64,000 nt of DNA from Candidatus Woesearchaeota archaeon (GCA_038874655.1 JAVZBY010000004.1:18645-82644), one strand, 5' to 3'; counted from the stretch's first letter, positions 9,359-20,623 are shown. Made by a program: numbers and translations. The notes: generated by a model not told the origin, from the sequence alone.

Positions 9359-10324
9359 TTAAAGTTTAAACTCTTTTTTTCCTAAATAAACATCATAAGC
9401 AAAATCTACTGATTTGTTTCCATAAGTTATTGAAGAGATTGCATTACACATTCTAATTGCTTCTTTTAATGTTTTTTGATGAATATTTCTTCCTGTTGCA
9501 TTTCCGCTAGCCCCACTAATATGGATTTGCTCATATAATTCTTGTAAAAATAATTTTGGATCTTTTGAGGAACCTCCTGCTGTAATTACTTTTGTTTTTC
9601 CTGCTGCTTTTATTGCCTCTTTAAATGACTCTGCTCTATCTTTTGAAGAAAAGCCGTCTTTATTAGGATAATTTACTTTTACAAAATCACTTCCTAAACA
9701 TAAGGCAACACCAGCTGCTCCTGCAATCAAATGCGGATCTTTTTCATCTTTAATTGCTTTTCCTCTCGGATAAATCCATAAAATAGTAATTAAGCCATGT
9801 TGATGTGCTAATGAAACTAATCTTCCTGCTTCTCCAACCATTTCTGCTTCATATTCACTACCTAAAAAAATAGTATAGCCAATTCCTACAATATTAACTC
9901 TTTTTTTTAAATCTAAAATGCTTTCAAAATCAACCAAAGATAAGCTTAAAGGATCCTTTTGTTTTGTTTTAACAATATTAGTTTTTGAATTAACTTTAAC
10001 AATATAATTAATCTTTGGATAATATCTAGCATATTTAGATATTAAACCAAATTGTGCTGCAAAAGCACCTATTATTCCTTGAGAAGCAATTCTAAATAAA
10101 TGCTCAGGATCATTATCTTCCTCAGGAATGAGAAAATCCTCATTAGTTTTTCCATTAAAGTCATCATTTAGATGCTCAAATTTTTGGTCGCCTGCAAAAA
10201 GCATTAATCTATCTGTGTTTTTTGTTATTAAAGAATAATTTTTCAAATACTCTTTTTCTGCTTTTTTCGGAACATCCATCGGAACAATATTACTTTTTTT
10301 TACCTTTTTCAAGATAATCACCAC
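9359..10324 (-). CDS. Class I fructose-bisphosphate aldolase (DhnA family)
   Basis: FAGDQKFEH; LWIYPRG; LGSDFVKVNYP (Schiff-base Lys); ATGRNIHQ. Confidence 0.9.
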   Translation of the reverse strand: MVIILKKVKKSNIVPMDVPKKAEKEYLKNYSLITKNTDRLMLFAGDQKFEHLNDDFNGKTNEDFLIPEEDNDPEHLFRIASQGIIGAFAAQFGLISKYARYYPKINYIVKVNSKTNIVKTKQKDPLSLSLVDFESILDLKKRVNIVGIGYTIFLGSEYEAEMVGEAGRLVSLAHQHGLITILWIYPRGKAIKDEKDPHLIAGAAGVALCLGSDFVKVNYPNKDGFSSKDRAESFKEAIKAAGKTKVITAGGSSKDPKLFLQELYEQIHISGASGNATGRNIHQKTLKEAIRMCNAISSITYGNKSVDFAYDVYLGKKEFKL

Positions 10325-10416
10325 ATAAAATTAAAAACTAATAGAATATAAATATTTCTATAAAGATTTAGTTATAATAACTTCATCATGATTAGTCCTT
10401 ATCTTTATATAGTAAT

Positions 10417-10454
10417 TGGAAAAATTTATAAACAATTGTCAATTTTTATTTCCA
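10417..10454. promoter_or_regulatory. Dyad-symmetric operator candidate over the TATA box of the MNT-HEPN operon
   Basis: TGGAAA-N9-ACAATTGT-N9-TTTCCA, symmetric about 10435.5 and overlapping TTTATAAA. Confidence 0.5.
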
Positions 10455-10455
10455 T

Positions 10456-10998
10456 GTGGAAAAATATTTAACCATTTTGAGCCCTTTTTTTGAAAACCCA
10501 AATGAGAAATATTCTATAAGAGAACTTTCTAGGCTCTTACAAATTAACCATACAACTGTGCGACAATATCTTGAAATTTTAGCAAAAGAAAACTATTTAA
10601 CATTCAAAAAAGAAGGGATTTATATTTTTTATAACTTAATTTTATCTAAAAAAACTTTGAATCTAAAACTTTACTATAATTTAGAAAAATTAAGAAAATC
10701 TAACTTAGTTGAGGATTTAGAAAAATTTTATGATTATCCTGTGATTGTTTTATTTGGTAGTTATGCATTTGCTATGGATGATATTACAAGTGATATTGAT
10801 ATTTGTATAATTACAAACATTAAAAAAGAATTTATTTATGAAAACAATTTGGAAAAATACGAACATATAATTAATAGAAAGATAAGCATACATAAATTTT
10901 CAAAAGAATCTTTTGAAAAAACAAAAAAAGTGAATCCAAATTTAATAAATAATATTTGCAATGGGATTGTGTTGTCAGGAGAATTGGTGATTGTATGA
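10456..10998 (+). CDS. HTH + minimal nucleotidyltransferase (MNT) antitoxin-like protein
   Basis: N-terminal wHTH (SIRELSRLLQINHTTVRQYL); LFGSYA...SDIDI. Confidence 0.88.
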   Translation: MEKYLTILSPFFENPNEKYSIRELSRLLQINHTTVRQYLEILAKENYLTFKKEGIYIFYNLILSKKTLNLKLYYNLEKLRKSNLVEDLEKFYDYPVIVLFGSYAFAMDDITSDIDICIITNIKKEFIYENNLEKYEHIINRKISIHKFSKESFEKTKKVNPNLINNICNGIVLSGELVIV

Positions 10999-11408
10999 AT
11001 TTTGATACATTATTAGAAAAAGGCATTGTAAAAAAGATTATTCCAAATAAATTAAGAGCCAATAGTTTAATTATTGCTTCAAAACAAGCAATTGAAACAG
11101 CAAAATTAATTGAGATTAATAATAATACCTTAAAATCAATATTAAGAGAATTATATGAAGGATTGAGACAATATTGTGAGGCACTTGGTTATTTAAGAGG
11201 ATATAAATTTTTAGACCATGAATCCATAACTTATTTTTTAAAAGATATTTTAAAAGAAGAGAGTTTATCAAAAAGATTTGATAAATATAGAAAATTAAGA
11301 AATGGGATTAATTATTATGGCGATGATATAGATATAGAAACAATTAAAGAAGCTTTAATAGAAATTCCAAAAATAATAAAAGATTTAGAAAAACATAAAA
11401 AAACATAA
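10995..11408 (+). CDS. HEPN-domain protein (partner of MNT)
   Basis: GGTGA SD and ATGA overlap with the MNT stop; FDKYRKLRNGINYYG (RN-x3-Y variant of Rx4H). Confidence 0.8.
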   Translation: MNFDTLLEKGIVKKIIPNKLRANSLIIASKQAIETAKLIEINNNTLKSILRELYEGLRQYCEALGYLRGYKFLDHESITYFLKDILKEESLSKRFDKYRKLRNGINYYGDDIDIETIKEALIEIPKIIKDLEKHKKT

Positions 11409-11469
11409 TAAATTATTAATCTCGTAAATTAAAAAAAAGAATAAACTTAATGCAACTTAATGCAAAAAA

Positions 11470-12594
11470 TTAATCTACAAACTCTATTCCTAATTCTGAT
11501 TCAATGTCCTTTTTCTTTTTCTCTGCCAACTTTTTACTAGAACCAAAGATTTGTGAGCTTTTTACTCCTGTAATTATTAAAATTGTTCTTATAGTGCCTT
11601 CTAAATCTTCTGAAATTTGCGCTCCCCATATAACTCTTGCATCTTCATCTAATTTTGTTGAAACAGTTTCTACAACTTTTCTTGCTTCTTCTAAGGTCAT
11701 ATCTGGTCCGCCTGCAACATTTATTAAGGCTCCAGTTGCACCGCTAATATCAACATCCAATAATGGATTTTCAATTGCTTTTTGCACTGCTTCAATAGCC
11801 CTATTTTCAGAATCAGATTCACCTACACCAATCAAAGCAACTCCACCAGAGCCCATTATTGCTCTTATATCTGCAAAATCCAAATTAACTAAACCTGTTT
11901 TTGTTACTAATTCTGCAATACCTTTAACTGCATTTGTTAAGATTTCATCAGCAACCTTAAATGCTGTATGTAATGGTAAATCTGGTGCTAATTCTAATAA
12001 TTTATCATTTGGAATAACAATTAAAGTATCAACATTTTTTTCTAATTTTTCTAAACCTAAAACAGCATTTTCATATCTTCTATTTCCTTCCATGGAAAAA
12101 GGCATTGTTACTATGCCTACAACCAAGGCACCTAATTTTTTAGCAACTTCGGCAACAACAGGCGCGGATCCAGTTCCTGTTCCTCCACCTAAACCACATG
12201 TAATAAAAACCATATCTGCTCCTTGTAAAGCGTTTTTTATCTCTGCTTCTTGTTCTCTAGCAGCTTCTTCACCAATTTTTGGAATACTTCCTGCACCTAA
12301 TCCTTTTGTCAATTCTTTTCCAATCAAAATTTTTTTATCTGCTGCTGTATACAATAAATCTTGTGCATCTGTATTTATAGCAATTGTCTCTGCTCCAGTA
12401 ACACCCACTTCTGTAATTCTATTAATAGTATTATTACCTCCACCACCACAACCAACTACCTTTATAGTTGCTCTTTGTTTTGCCAATAATTCTTCTAATT
12501 CTTTATCAATAGCACTTTGTTTCATATGCTCAATAGAAACACCTTTTGGTGATAAAGAAGCCCTTTGTGTTCCTGATTTTATTATACTATCCAA
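11470..12594 (-). CDS. ftsZ: Cell division protein FtsZ
   Basis: GLGGGTGTG tubulin signature; NLDFAD; likely TTG start at 12594 after GGAGGTG. Confidence 0.98.
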   Translation of the reverse strand: MDSIIKSGTQRASLSPKGVSIEHMKQSAIDKELEELLAKQRATIKVVGCGGGGNNTINRITEVGVTGAETIAINTDAQDLLYTAADKKILIGKELTKGLGAGSIPKIGEEAAREQEAEIKNALQGADMVFITCGLGGGTGTGSAPVVAEVAKKLGALVVGIVTMPFSMEGNRRYENAVLGLEKLEKNVDTLIVIPNDKLLELAPDLPLHTAFKVADEILTNAVKGIAELVTKTGLVNLDFADIRAIMGSGGVALIGVGESDSENRAIEAVQKAIENPLLDVDISGATGALINVAGGPDMTLEEARKVVETVSTKLDEDARVIWGAQISEDLEGTIRTILIITGVKSSQIFGSSKKLAEKKKKDIESELGIEFVD

Positions 12595-12772
12595 TATAAA
12601 CACCTCCACCCATTAAAATAAAAATTTACTAATAAAAAATTTATAATTACTTAATTGTAGTGCTAATATTTAAACTTTTATATTTCAAACTATATTCAAA
12701 ACCTCTTTTTTAATAAAAATGAAAGATTAATAACAAATTAATAGTTAAACAAAATATTTATTTAATTATTTT

Positions 12773-13504
12773 TTAATTATTTTTTTTTTCGCTTGTTGTT
12801 TCTATTGCCTTTTCATTATGTGCTTCACTATGCTTTTTAGAAACATCTTTTATCTCTGGAATTAATTTTAAAATTCTCTCTTTAATTGCGTTTAAAACTT
12901 CATCAGGAATCTTTTCATCAATAACTAAAATTTCATTTTCTATCTTCATCTCTGGTAAAAAATTAAACTCGTTTTTCAAAACAGCTTTTGCTTTTTCTAA
13001 TGGCTCATCTATTTTTTTATTGACTTTTATGTGATATTTTACTCTTTTTCCAGCTAATGGATGGTTAAAATCAACTATTACTCTACCGCCTGAAACACTT
13101 CTAACAACACCATACATATTATCAACATTAACCTCTAATCCTGGAAAAGGATTTATCTTTTCTTTTAAAAAAACTTTCATTGGTAATAATTTTAATAATT
13201 GTGCATTTTTCTTTCCAAATGCATTTTCAGGTTCTAGTTCAATATCAAATGTTGAAATACCTTTTTCCTGTATTGCTTTATCTAGTGAATTTAAGATATG
13301 ATTTTCACCTAAACAAATTACTACTGGCCCAAAATTTCCTTGTCTTGTTAATCCAGAAGATTTTGCTAAATTTTCATCAGTAGTATCAAACAAAGTATTA
13401 TCTTCTAATCTTCCTGTGTATTCAATTTCAACAAAATCATGAACTTTTAATTTTAAATCTGAGATTGATTCAGATTTTTCTTCAGTATGGTTTGTTTTTG
13501 TCAT
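12773..13504 (-). CDS. FKBP-type peptidyl-prolyl isomerase (SlyD-like, long archaeal form)
   Basis: IEYTGRL...FDTT; PENAFG; VDFNHPLAGK. Confidence 0.92.
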   Translation of the reverse strand: MTKTNHTEEKSESISDLKLKVHDFVEIEYTGRLEDNTLFDTTDENLAKSSGLTRQGNFGPVVICLGENHILNSLDKAIQEKGISTFDIELEPENAFGKKNAQLLKLLPMKVFLKEKINPFPGLEVNVDNMYGVVRSVSGGRVIVDFNHPLAGKRVKYHIKVNKKIDEPLEKAKAVLKNEFNFLPEMKIENEILVIDEKIPDEVLNAIKERILKLIPEIKDVSKKHSEAHNEKAIETTSEKKNN

Positions 13505-13618
13505 TCTTTTAAAGTAGATTAGATGTATATTTAAATAATTTACTTAAAAAGGGAACAAATTAAAAATACAAAAAATACAGAAAAATTAATAAAACTTAAA
13601 AATTTTAATATTATAATT

Positions 13619-15427
13619 TTGGATGAAAAATTGAATAAAAAAAAAGAAACTTCACTCTTGTATTTAGTTGGATTTATATTTTTATTAGATATAAATATAG
13701 TTTTAGCACAATCATCTGGACAAAGTTTTGTTAGAGCATTAAATCCTTTCTGGAATTTAATTTCATATATATTTAAAGATTTACTACAACCCTCTACAAG
13801 GTACATATTTTTTAAATTTTTAGTTTGGATGCTATTATGGATTTTTTTAATGCTACTAGCTCCAAAAGCATTAGAATCTTTAAAAGCTGACAATGACACA
13901 GCAAAAAAACAAGCAAACATAATTACATTTATTCTAGCTTTAATAATGACAATTGGAATTCCTAATGCTGCATTAGAGTTAATTTTTAGTTCTTATGCTT
14001 TTTTAGGTTTTCTTTTTATTATGTTTATAGGACCAGCACTTTTTATAGGTGGTAAAACGCCACAAAATAACTTTGCTAGAGGAGGAATTTTTATATTAAT
14101 TGGAATAATAATATATGCTTATGATAGTTTTGCTTCAAATTTAAGTGATATTTTTATCTTAGGAGCAACTTTATCTATAATATATGGGATAATAATGTGG
14201 ATTAATGGCTTATCCATAGGTGGATCTTTAACAGGAATAAGTAAAAAAGAGCCCAGTAATCCAAAAGATCCAATAACAAATAAAGAAATAGAACAAGAAA
14301 AAGACTCTGAATTAAAAAAATTAAAACAAGAGATTAAAGCACTTTTTGAGTTAAATAGGGAATTTTCAAAAGATGTTGAGGTAATTCAAAATAATGTTTC
14401 AGATTTAAGAAAGAAAAATATATTATCATTAAAAAGAGAATTAAATCTAGAGCAAAAGAAACAAAGATTAAATAATGTAGAAGCTCAATTTTCTGTTCCT
14501 TTAGAAAAGGTTAATCCTATTATTCAAATTATACAAAACATAAAACAAAATCCAAAATTTTCACAATTAGGCTTTTTTGACAAAAAAAAACCTATGTCCG
14601 GGTTTGATAATGTCGTAAAGTCATTTATAATTAATTATAAAATTCTTATTAGCTTATTAAGAGATTATGCACTTTATAAAGGCGAGTTATTAAGTGAAAA
14701 AGAAGAAAATTTACATAACATATTAAAAGAACATATTGATAAATTAAAAAAAACTTTTGAGATTGTTGGAAAAACAGCTGATTCTGAAACATTAAAATTA
14801 GAAGCACAAATAAATAATTTAGAAAATGAGATTGTTGCGGCAATACAAAAAGGAAAAAAGCAGAAAAAAGAGAAATTGCTGAAATTAATAAGTGATTTAG
14901 AAAATGATTTCAATAATATGGACACAGAATTAAAAAATTATGGCTCTTTAATTGATAGTGAAATCAAAAAGATTAATGAATATATTAATGCTGATGATTT
15001 AAGAAAAAACCAGATCATATCCGAAATAAAAAATAATTTAAGTAAATTCCAAAATGCTTTTAACTCTGGTTTGAGATATTTAAGAAATATGACAAGAAAA
15101 GGCATTAAAGAAGAAAAAAAATTTCATCAGAAAATTATCGAAATAAAAGATTATGCTAATTATTTAGAAAATGATGATTTAAAAATTGAAAATGCTTACA
15201 ACACTTGGATTGCATGGGTTAAAGAAATAGAAGAAGAGCTAAAAAAATTAGATGAAATAAATAAAAAAATTAAAACAATAAACTATGAAGCAGATCTTAT
15301 AAATTTATTTAAGCAAGAAGAACAATTATTATCAAAATTTTATCAATCAATCCAAAAGTCAGAAAGTGTATGCAAAGCATTATTAGAAGGCTATAGAAAA
15401 TTAGCCAATGAAGTTCAAAATTTATAA
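13619..15427 (+). CDS. Polytopic membrane protein with long C-terminal coiled coil (paralog A)
   Basis: About 6 hydrophobic segments then a K/E heptad region; N-terminal domain shared with 15448-17019. Confidence 0.8.
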   Translation: MDEKLNKKKETSLLYLVGFIFLLDINIVLAQSSGQSFVRALNPFWNLISYIFKDLLQPSTRYIFFKFLVWMLLWIFLMLLAPKALESLKADNDTAKKQANIITFILALIMTIGIPNAALELIFSSYAFLGFLFIMFIGPALFIGGKTPQNNFARGGIFILIGIIIYAYDSFASNLSDIFILGATLSIIYGIIMWINGLSIGGSLTGISKKEPSNPKDPITNKEIEQEKDSELKKLKQEIKALFELNREFSKDVEVIQNNVSDLRKKNILSLKRELNLEQKKQRLNNVEAQFSVPLEKVNPIIQIIQNIKQNPKFSQLGFFDKKKPMSGFDNVVKSFIINYKILISLLRDYALYKGELLSEKEENLHNILKEHIDKLKKTFEIVGKTADSETLKLEAQINNLENEIVAAIQKGKKQKKEKLLKLISDLENDFNNMDTELKNYGSLIDSEIKKINEYINADDLRKNQIISEIKNNLSKFQNAFNSGLRYLRNMTRKGIKEEKKFHQKIIEIKDYANYLENDDLKIENAYNTWIAWVKEIEEELKKLDEINKKIKTINYEADLINLFKQEEQLLSKFYQSIQKSESVCKALLEGYRKLANEVQNL

Positions 15428-15447
15428 ATACATTTATGTGAATAAAA

Positions 15448-17019
15448 ATGCTAAAAGAACAAAAAAAGATTTTAAAATTTTCATTTTTATTATTGGTTGG
15501 TTTCTTAATTATAGATTTTGTCAGTGCTCAAACCACATATAGAGCATTAAAACCTTTTTGGGATTTTATTGCTTATATATTCAGTGTTTTACCTAGTGGC
15601 ACAACAAAGTATGTCTTTTATAAATTTATTATTTGGATGTTATTAGCTTCTGTTTTAATATTACTAGTTCCAAATTCATTAGCTTTTTTGAGATCAGAAG
15701 ATCCAACAGTAAAAAAGAATGCAAAAATTATTGCTTGGATTTTATCATTAATGATGTCAATTGGAATTCCAAATTCTATATTAGATTTAATTTTCAATTC
15801 TTATTCCCTTATTGGTGCATTTTTATTGTTAGCTGTTGGTCCTGCTTTAATATTTGCACTCACAAACAAAAGTAATAGAAGATTAAGAGGAATTGCTTTT
15901 TTAGTTTCTGGTGTTTTATTAATGATATTCGCTACTACAGGAACAGTTAATGAATGGCTAAATTTATGGGATTTACTAGACTGGATTAATCTTGGTGGTT
16001 TCATAATGATGATTATAGGATTAGTAATGATAATACAAGGTGATGAAAAAACTATTACTAATGATGAACTAAATAGTTCTAATTCCTCAAATAATGATTA
16101 TAATCAAAATCCAATTCAAAATCATGAAACATTTGAAAAAGAAAAAGCAAAAAACTCTTTGCATCTGATTGATGAAATATTAAATGAGATTAATGAATTT
16201 AATAATAAATTAGTTGAGAAAATTAGCTTAATTGAAAATGAAATTAACGATTATAGAAATGAAATAAAAATATTAGAAGAATTACTCCAAAAAATAAAAG
16301 AATTAAAAGAAAGAATATCACATGTTTCAATTATAAATGATCACCTTTCTGATGAAAAAGCAATAAAGGGATTGAAAGAAGAAATAGAAAATAAATTAAA
16401 TTTAGGTTCTGGACACAATATAACAACTGCTATTAGAGATTTAAAAACATTAGAAAAACATTTATCAACAATAGATCAACATATTGTTGAATTACAAAGA
16501 AAACAAAATACATTGATAACAAAATCTAAAAATAATTTATGGAATGTTGATAATTCATTAGAAGGACAAACTTCAAATCAAGATTTAGCTAATCTAATAC
16601 AAGAAACAAGACACTTAATTAGAGATATAGTATCAAAAATTGATCAAATAAAAAAAATAGAGCATTTGAATGAAAGAGCAGAATCCCAAATAATAGAACA
16701 AAATAGAAATGAGATTATACAAGGGAGTAATATAGATAGTTTAATTAATGCTATAAAAACATTATGTGATGAAGTTATAAATAAGAAAAATAATAATAAA
16801 TTAAATTCATTAAAAACAAATATAACCCATTTACTACATTTTTTAGAAACACAACCAAATCATAGTTCTCCTGGAGGTAAAATAGCACATAAATTAAGAA
16901 TACATGAAACCTTACAACAAATATCAAGAAATATAAATGAAGAAGGTAAAATATCAGATGAAATAATAAATGAACTAAATCAATTAAAGCAACAACTACA
17001 AGTAATTTCTAAGGAATAA
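15448..17019 (+). CDS. Polytopic membrane protein with long C-terminal coiled coil (paralog B)
   Basis: Shared RALxPFW, KFxxWMLL and IGIPNxxLxLIFxSY motifs with paralog A. Confidence 0.8.
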   Translation: MLKEQKKILKFSFLLLVGFLIIDFVSAQTTYRALKPFWDFIAYIFSVLPSGTTKYVFYKFIIWMLLASVLILLVPNSLAFLRSEDPTVKKNAKIIAWILSLMMSIGIPNSILDLIFNSYSLIGAFLLLAVGPALIFALTNKSNRRLRGIAFLVSGVLLMIFATTGTVNEWLNLWDLLDWINLGGFIMMIIGLVMIIQGDEKTITNDELNSSNSSNNDYNQNPIQNHETFEKEKAKNSLHLIDEILNEINEFNNKLVEKISLIENEINDYRNEIKILEELLQKIKELKERISHVSIINDHLSDEKAIKGLKEEIENKLNLGSGHNITTAIRDLKTLEKHLSTIDQHIVELQRKQNTLITKSKNNLWNVDNSLEGQTSNQDLANLIQETRHLIRDIVSKIDQIKKIEHLNERAESQIIEQNRNEIIQGSNIDSLINAIKTLCDEVINKKNNNKLNSLKTNITHLLHFLETQPNHSSPGGKIAHKLRIHETLQQISRNINEEGKISDEIINELNQLKQQLQVISKE

Positions 17020-17131
17020 GAAGAAAATATTTTTTAAAAACCCAAACTTTTATAAACTCTAATTTTCTTAAAAAAATATAAAATAAAAATTTAAAATCAA
17101 ATCAAAGATTAAATCATAAAAGAGGTGCAAA

Positions 17132-17839
17132 ATGGAAATTCAAATTTCTAAAAAAATAACAAAACCAAAAATAATCCAAGGTTTTCCTGGATTTGGATTA
17201 ATTGGAACAATAGCAACTGAATTTTTAATTGAACATTTAAATGCTGAAAAAATTGGCTCTTTTATTTATGACGAGTTGCCTGCTACAGTGGCAATCCACA
17301 AAGAAAAATTAGTTGATCCTATGGGTATATTTTATGATAAAGAATATAACTTGATTATACTTCACACAATATTAAATTCCAATGGATTAGAATGGAAACT
17401 AGCAGAAAATATATTAAAATTAGCAGATGATACTAACACAACAGAAATCATTTCATTAGAAGGTGTTTCTAGTCCTACTGTTAACGGTTCTGAAAAAGTT
17501 TTTTTCTATACTGAAAACGAAAAAACAAAATCAAAACTAAAAGAAATTGGATTAGAACCATTAAAAGAATCCATTATTGTCGGTGTATCTGGTGCATTAA
17601 TGCTAAGATCAAAAATACCTTTAACTTGTTTATTTGCAGAAACAAAAAGCGAAATTCCTGATAGTAAAGCTGCTTCTAACATAATTAAAGCATTAGACGA
17701 TTATCTAGGGTTAAAAGTTGATTATCAACCATTATTAAAACAAGCAGAGGAATTTGAGCAAAAATTCAAGACAATATTAAAACAAAGCTCTTCTGCAATA
17801 AAAGAGAGAGACAGAAAACAGATGAGCTATTTCGGATAA
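17132..17839 (+). CDS. PAC2 family proteasome assembly chaperone
   Basis: GFPGFGLIGTIA; IVGVSGAL; PDSKAAS; C-terminal SYFG. Confidence 0.9.
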   Translation: MEIQISKKITKPKIIQGFPGFGLIGTIATEFLIEHLNAEKIGSFIYDELPATVAIHKEKLVDPMGIFYDKEYNLIILHTILNSNGLEWKLAENILKLADDTNTTEIISLEGVSSPTVNGSEKVFFYTENEKTKSKLKEIGLEPLKESIIVGVSGALMLRSKIPLTCLFAETKSEIPDSKAASNIIKALDDYLGLKVDYQPLLKQAEEFEQKFKTILKQSSSAIKERDRKQMSYFG

Positions 17840-17863
17840 AACTTTAAAATTAAATTTTTTGAA

Positions 17864-18568
17864 TTATTTTTTATCTTTATTATTTTTCTTTTTAACTTCT
17901 CTTTTAATTTCTTTTTTAATAAAATTTACTTTATTAAACTCTTCTTTGCTTTTTTTATTCTTAATTAATTTTTCATCTAAACTCTCTTCATCATTAATCT
18001 CTTTATTCAATTTTTTTATATCCTTTTCAACATTTTCCAAAAATTTTTGCATTTCTTCATAGGATCTTGGCTCTAAATAAGAATACAAAAACCTTATAAC
18101 AACTATCATAAAAAAGAATAATATTACAGCAAAAAAGACACTTAACAAATGAAAGAAGCTTTCATTATTTAATAAATCACTATAAACTAAAACAATTGTT
18201 ATATAAGTAAAAAAAGCAATAACAGATTTAGAAGACATCTTAAAAATTGTTTTTAATGGTAATTTATGGAAAAAATCATATACAGATACTATTAAAGTAA
18301 AAATTAAAAATATAAAAATAACTAATGCCTTTGCTAAATTTAAATCATAGTTTATTAAATATCTGATTAAATCAAAATAAACAAAAATAAGAAAAATAGA
18401 GCTCTCTAAACTTTTATGATGCCCAAACCCTTCTCTTGGATATTTATAAAAATAGATTTCCATTAATGCAATCGCAAAAAATAAAGGCAATAATATCCAA
18501 AGCATTTCTTTATAAATTAAAGGTGCATATAAAAATTCTAAAAAAGTACTAAACAAATCATTAAACAT
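17864..18568 (-). CDS. Hypothetical membrane protein
   Basis: Multiple TM segments; GAGGT SD. Confidence 0.7.
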   Translation of the reverse strand: MFNDLFSTFLEFLYAPLIYKEMLWILLPLFFAIALMEIYFYKYPREGFGHHKSLESSIFLIFVYFDLIRYLINYDLNLAKALVIFIFLIFTLIVSVYDFFHKLPLKTIFKMSSKSVIAFFTYITIVLVYSDLLNNESFFHLLSVFFAVILFFFMIVVIRFLYSYLEPRSYEEMQKFLENVEKDIKKLNKEINDEESLDEKLIKNKKSKEEFNKVNFIKKEIKREVKKKNNKDKK

Positions 18569-18671
18569 AAAACTACCTCTTTTTTAAAATTGATAAAATT
18601 TTAAAAATTTATAAAAAATAAATTAAATTAGATTATAAATTTTTTGATAAGTCTATTATTAAATATAATAA

Positions 18672-19877
18672 TCATACCAAATAAAATAAAACAGGAATTA
18701 ATAAACAACCCATTGCATGATTTCTAGCAACACCCTTTAAAGGTGCCAATAATCCTATTGATGTAGCACATATTAAAATTAAAATTCCTATCAATCCATT
18801 TAAAATAAAAGACCTAAAGACAATAAATAAAATAACAAATAAAACCATTATTTGATAATTTATCCTTATAATTAAACTAGAAAATATTTTAGAAAAATAA
18901 CAAACCAAAAAAACAGAAAAACTCCCAGAAAAAAGCATAGCAAAAATTAAAATTAAAAAAATATCAAAATCTAATTTAATCAATTTAGATAATACCACAA
19001 TAGAACCATCTTTAGCTTTACCTAAAACATAGAAAGTAACTAATGAAAAAACAACACTCATTGTGCCTTGTGCTCCAACTAAAGCTAAATAAGTTTTATC
19101 TTTAATATTTTTTACAAACTGAGAAGCTATTACAGCTCCTTGAGCAGGCCCTAATCCAGGAAAAAATTGGATCAAAAAAACACCTATTGAACTACCAAAA
19201 ATAGAAGAAAAAACTTCTCTAAAAGATATATCTATTTTTTTATCTATTTTCTGCTCAGGAATTTTAGTATTTTCATTGAAACTTATAATTAACCCTGAAA
19301 CACCAAATAATCCTGATAAAATTGGAAACAAAGGCTCTTTTAAATTCATAGAAAAAACAATTAAACCTAAGCATCCAGAAATCAAAAAAATAAAAAAAGC
19401 AAGAAAAAAATTTTTTTCTCTTATAATCATATAAAAGATAATTAAACTTAAAAAATAAATAACATAGGGCTTAAAAAGAGGGTAAAAATTTTTAGCAATA
19501 AAAAAAAATAAAGGAATTAATAAAACAGCAAAAATCATTCCTAAAAATGTGCCTAATATTGTTATTTTTACTGCCATATAAGCTTCACCTTTTAAAAGCA
19601 TTTTTTGTCCTGGCAATACACTTAAAGCATTTTCATTTTCTGGTGCTCCTAAATAAACACTTGGAATAGTGTCTAAAAAAGAATGTGTTATTGAAAGCGA
19701 GATAATAAAAACTGCTAATGACAAAGGTTGCAAGTAATTTAACAAAAAAGGAGATAATGCTAACAAAGTAGTTGCAACTAAATTTACATGTATTCCTGGC
19801 ATTAATCCTGTAAAAATTCCAATGAAAATTCCTAAAAACATTAAAAAAATAACCTCAATAAATAAAATTTTAAACAT
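18672..19877 (-). CDS. TctA/DUF112 tripartite tricarboxylate transporter-like membrane protein
   Basis: TGLMPGIHVN; HSFLDTIPSVYLGAP; SVLPG; MGCLLIP. Confidence 0.88.
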   Translation of the reverse strand: MFKILFIEVIFLMFLGIFIGIFTGLMPGIHVNLVATTLLALSPFLLNYLQPLSLAVFIISLSITHSFLDTIPSVYLGAPENENALSVLPGQKMLLKGEAYMAVKITILGTFLGMIFAVLLIPLFFFIAKNFYPLFKPYVIYFLSLIIFYMIIREKNFFLAFFIFLISGCLGLIVFSMNLKEPLFPILSGLFGVSGLIISFNENTKIPEQKIDKKIDISFREVFSSIFGSSIGVFLIQFFPGLGPAQGAVIASQFVKNIKDKTYLALVGAQGTMSVVFSLVTFYVLGKAKDGSIVVLSKLIKLDFDIFLILIFAMLFSGSFSVFLVCYFSKIFSSLIIRINYQIMVLFVILFIVFRSFILNGLIGILILICATSIGLLAPLKGVARNHAMGCLLIPVLFYLV

Positions 19878-20112
19878 TAATATATTAGTAAAATAATAGT
19901 ATTTATATTTTTTATTAAAGATAAGAAAATCTTAATTAAAAGTTCAAATATAACAAAAAATAAAAACTCTTCAATTTAAATAAAAAAATAAATTAAAAAA
20001 GACAAAAGCATCACAATAAAAACATATATTTCAATAAAAAAGCATATATTTAAATATTTAAACTACAATTTAAAATTTGATTATTTTTAATTTAAGTTAT
20101 AGAGGTGTAAAA

Positions 20113-20529
20113 ATGAAACACTTTTTTAACAAAATAAAAGAAAAAGTTAAAAAATGGGGCTTTGATGACGAAGCTAATGAAGATGTTGAAGAAGAATATT
20201 TAGAATTAGATGCTGCTGTTAAAAAATCTGCATCACAAAAGATTATAGTAAGACCTTTTGTTTTAGATGATTTCTCAGATGTAAAAGAAGTTGTTGATAC
20301 AATAAGAGAAGGTTATTCTATTGCTTTAGTAAATATAAAAGCTTTAAGAGAAAAAGACATGGTTGAATTAAGAAGAGCAATAAACAAATTAAAGAAAACA
20401 TGCGATGCAATTGGCGGTGATATTGCAGGATTTGGAGAAGATTATATTGTAGTAACCCCAAGTTTTGCAGAAATATATAGAACAAAAGAAAATCAAACAT
20501 CAGAAGTTAAAGAAGAAAAAGAAGAATAA
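20113..20529 (+). CDS. sepF: Cell division protein SepF (archaeal DUF552)
   Basis: IREGYSIALVNI; GGDIAGFGEDYIVVTP; GAGGTG SD before ATG 20113. Confidence 0.9.
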   Translation: MKHFFNKIKEKVKKWGFDDEANEDVEEEYLELDAAVKKSASQKIIVRPFVLDDFSDVKEVVDTIREGYSIALVNIKALREKDMVELRRAINKLKKTCDAIGGDIAGFGEDYIVVTPSFAEIYRTKENQTSEVKEEKEE

Positions 20530-20623
20530 TTCATTACTCTTTTAATTCTTTTTTTTCATTATTATTTATTTTTTTTAATTAACTTTAATAAACTTTTTTA
20601 AGATACAATTATTTTAAGAATTC

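Noticed and set aside
11504-12616. 370-aa ORF antisense to ftsZ
   Set aside because: Shadow ORF in register with a conserved gene; no SD or family motifs.
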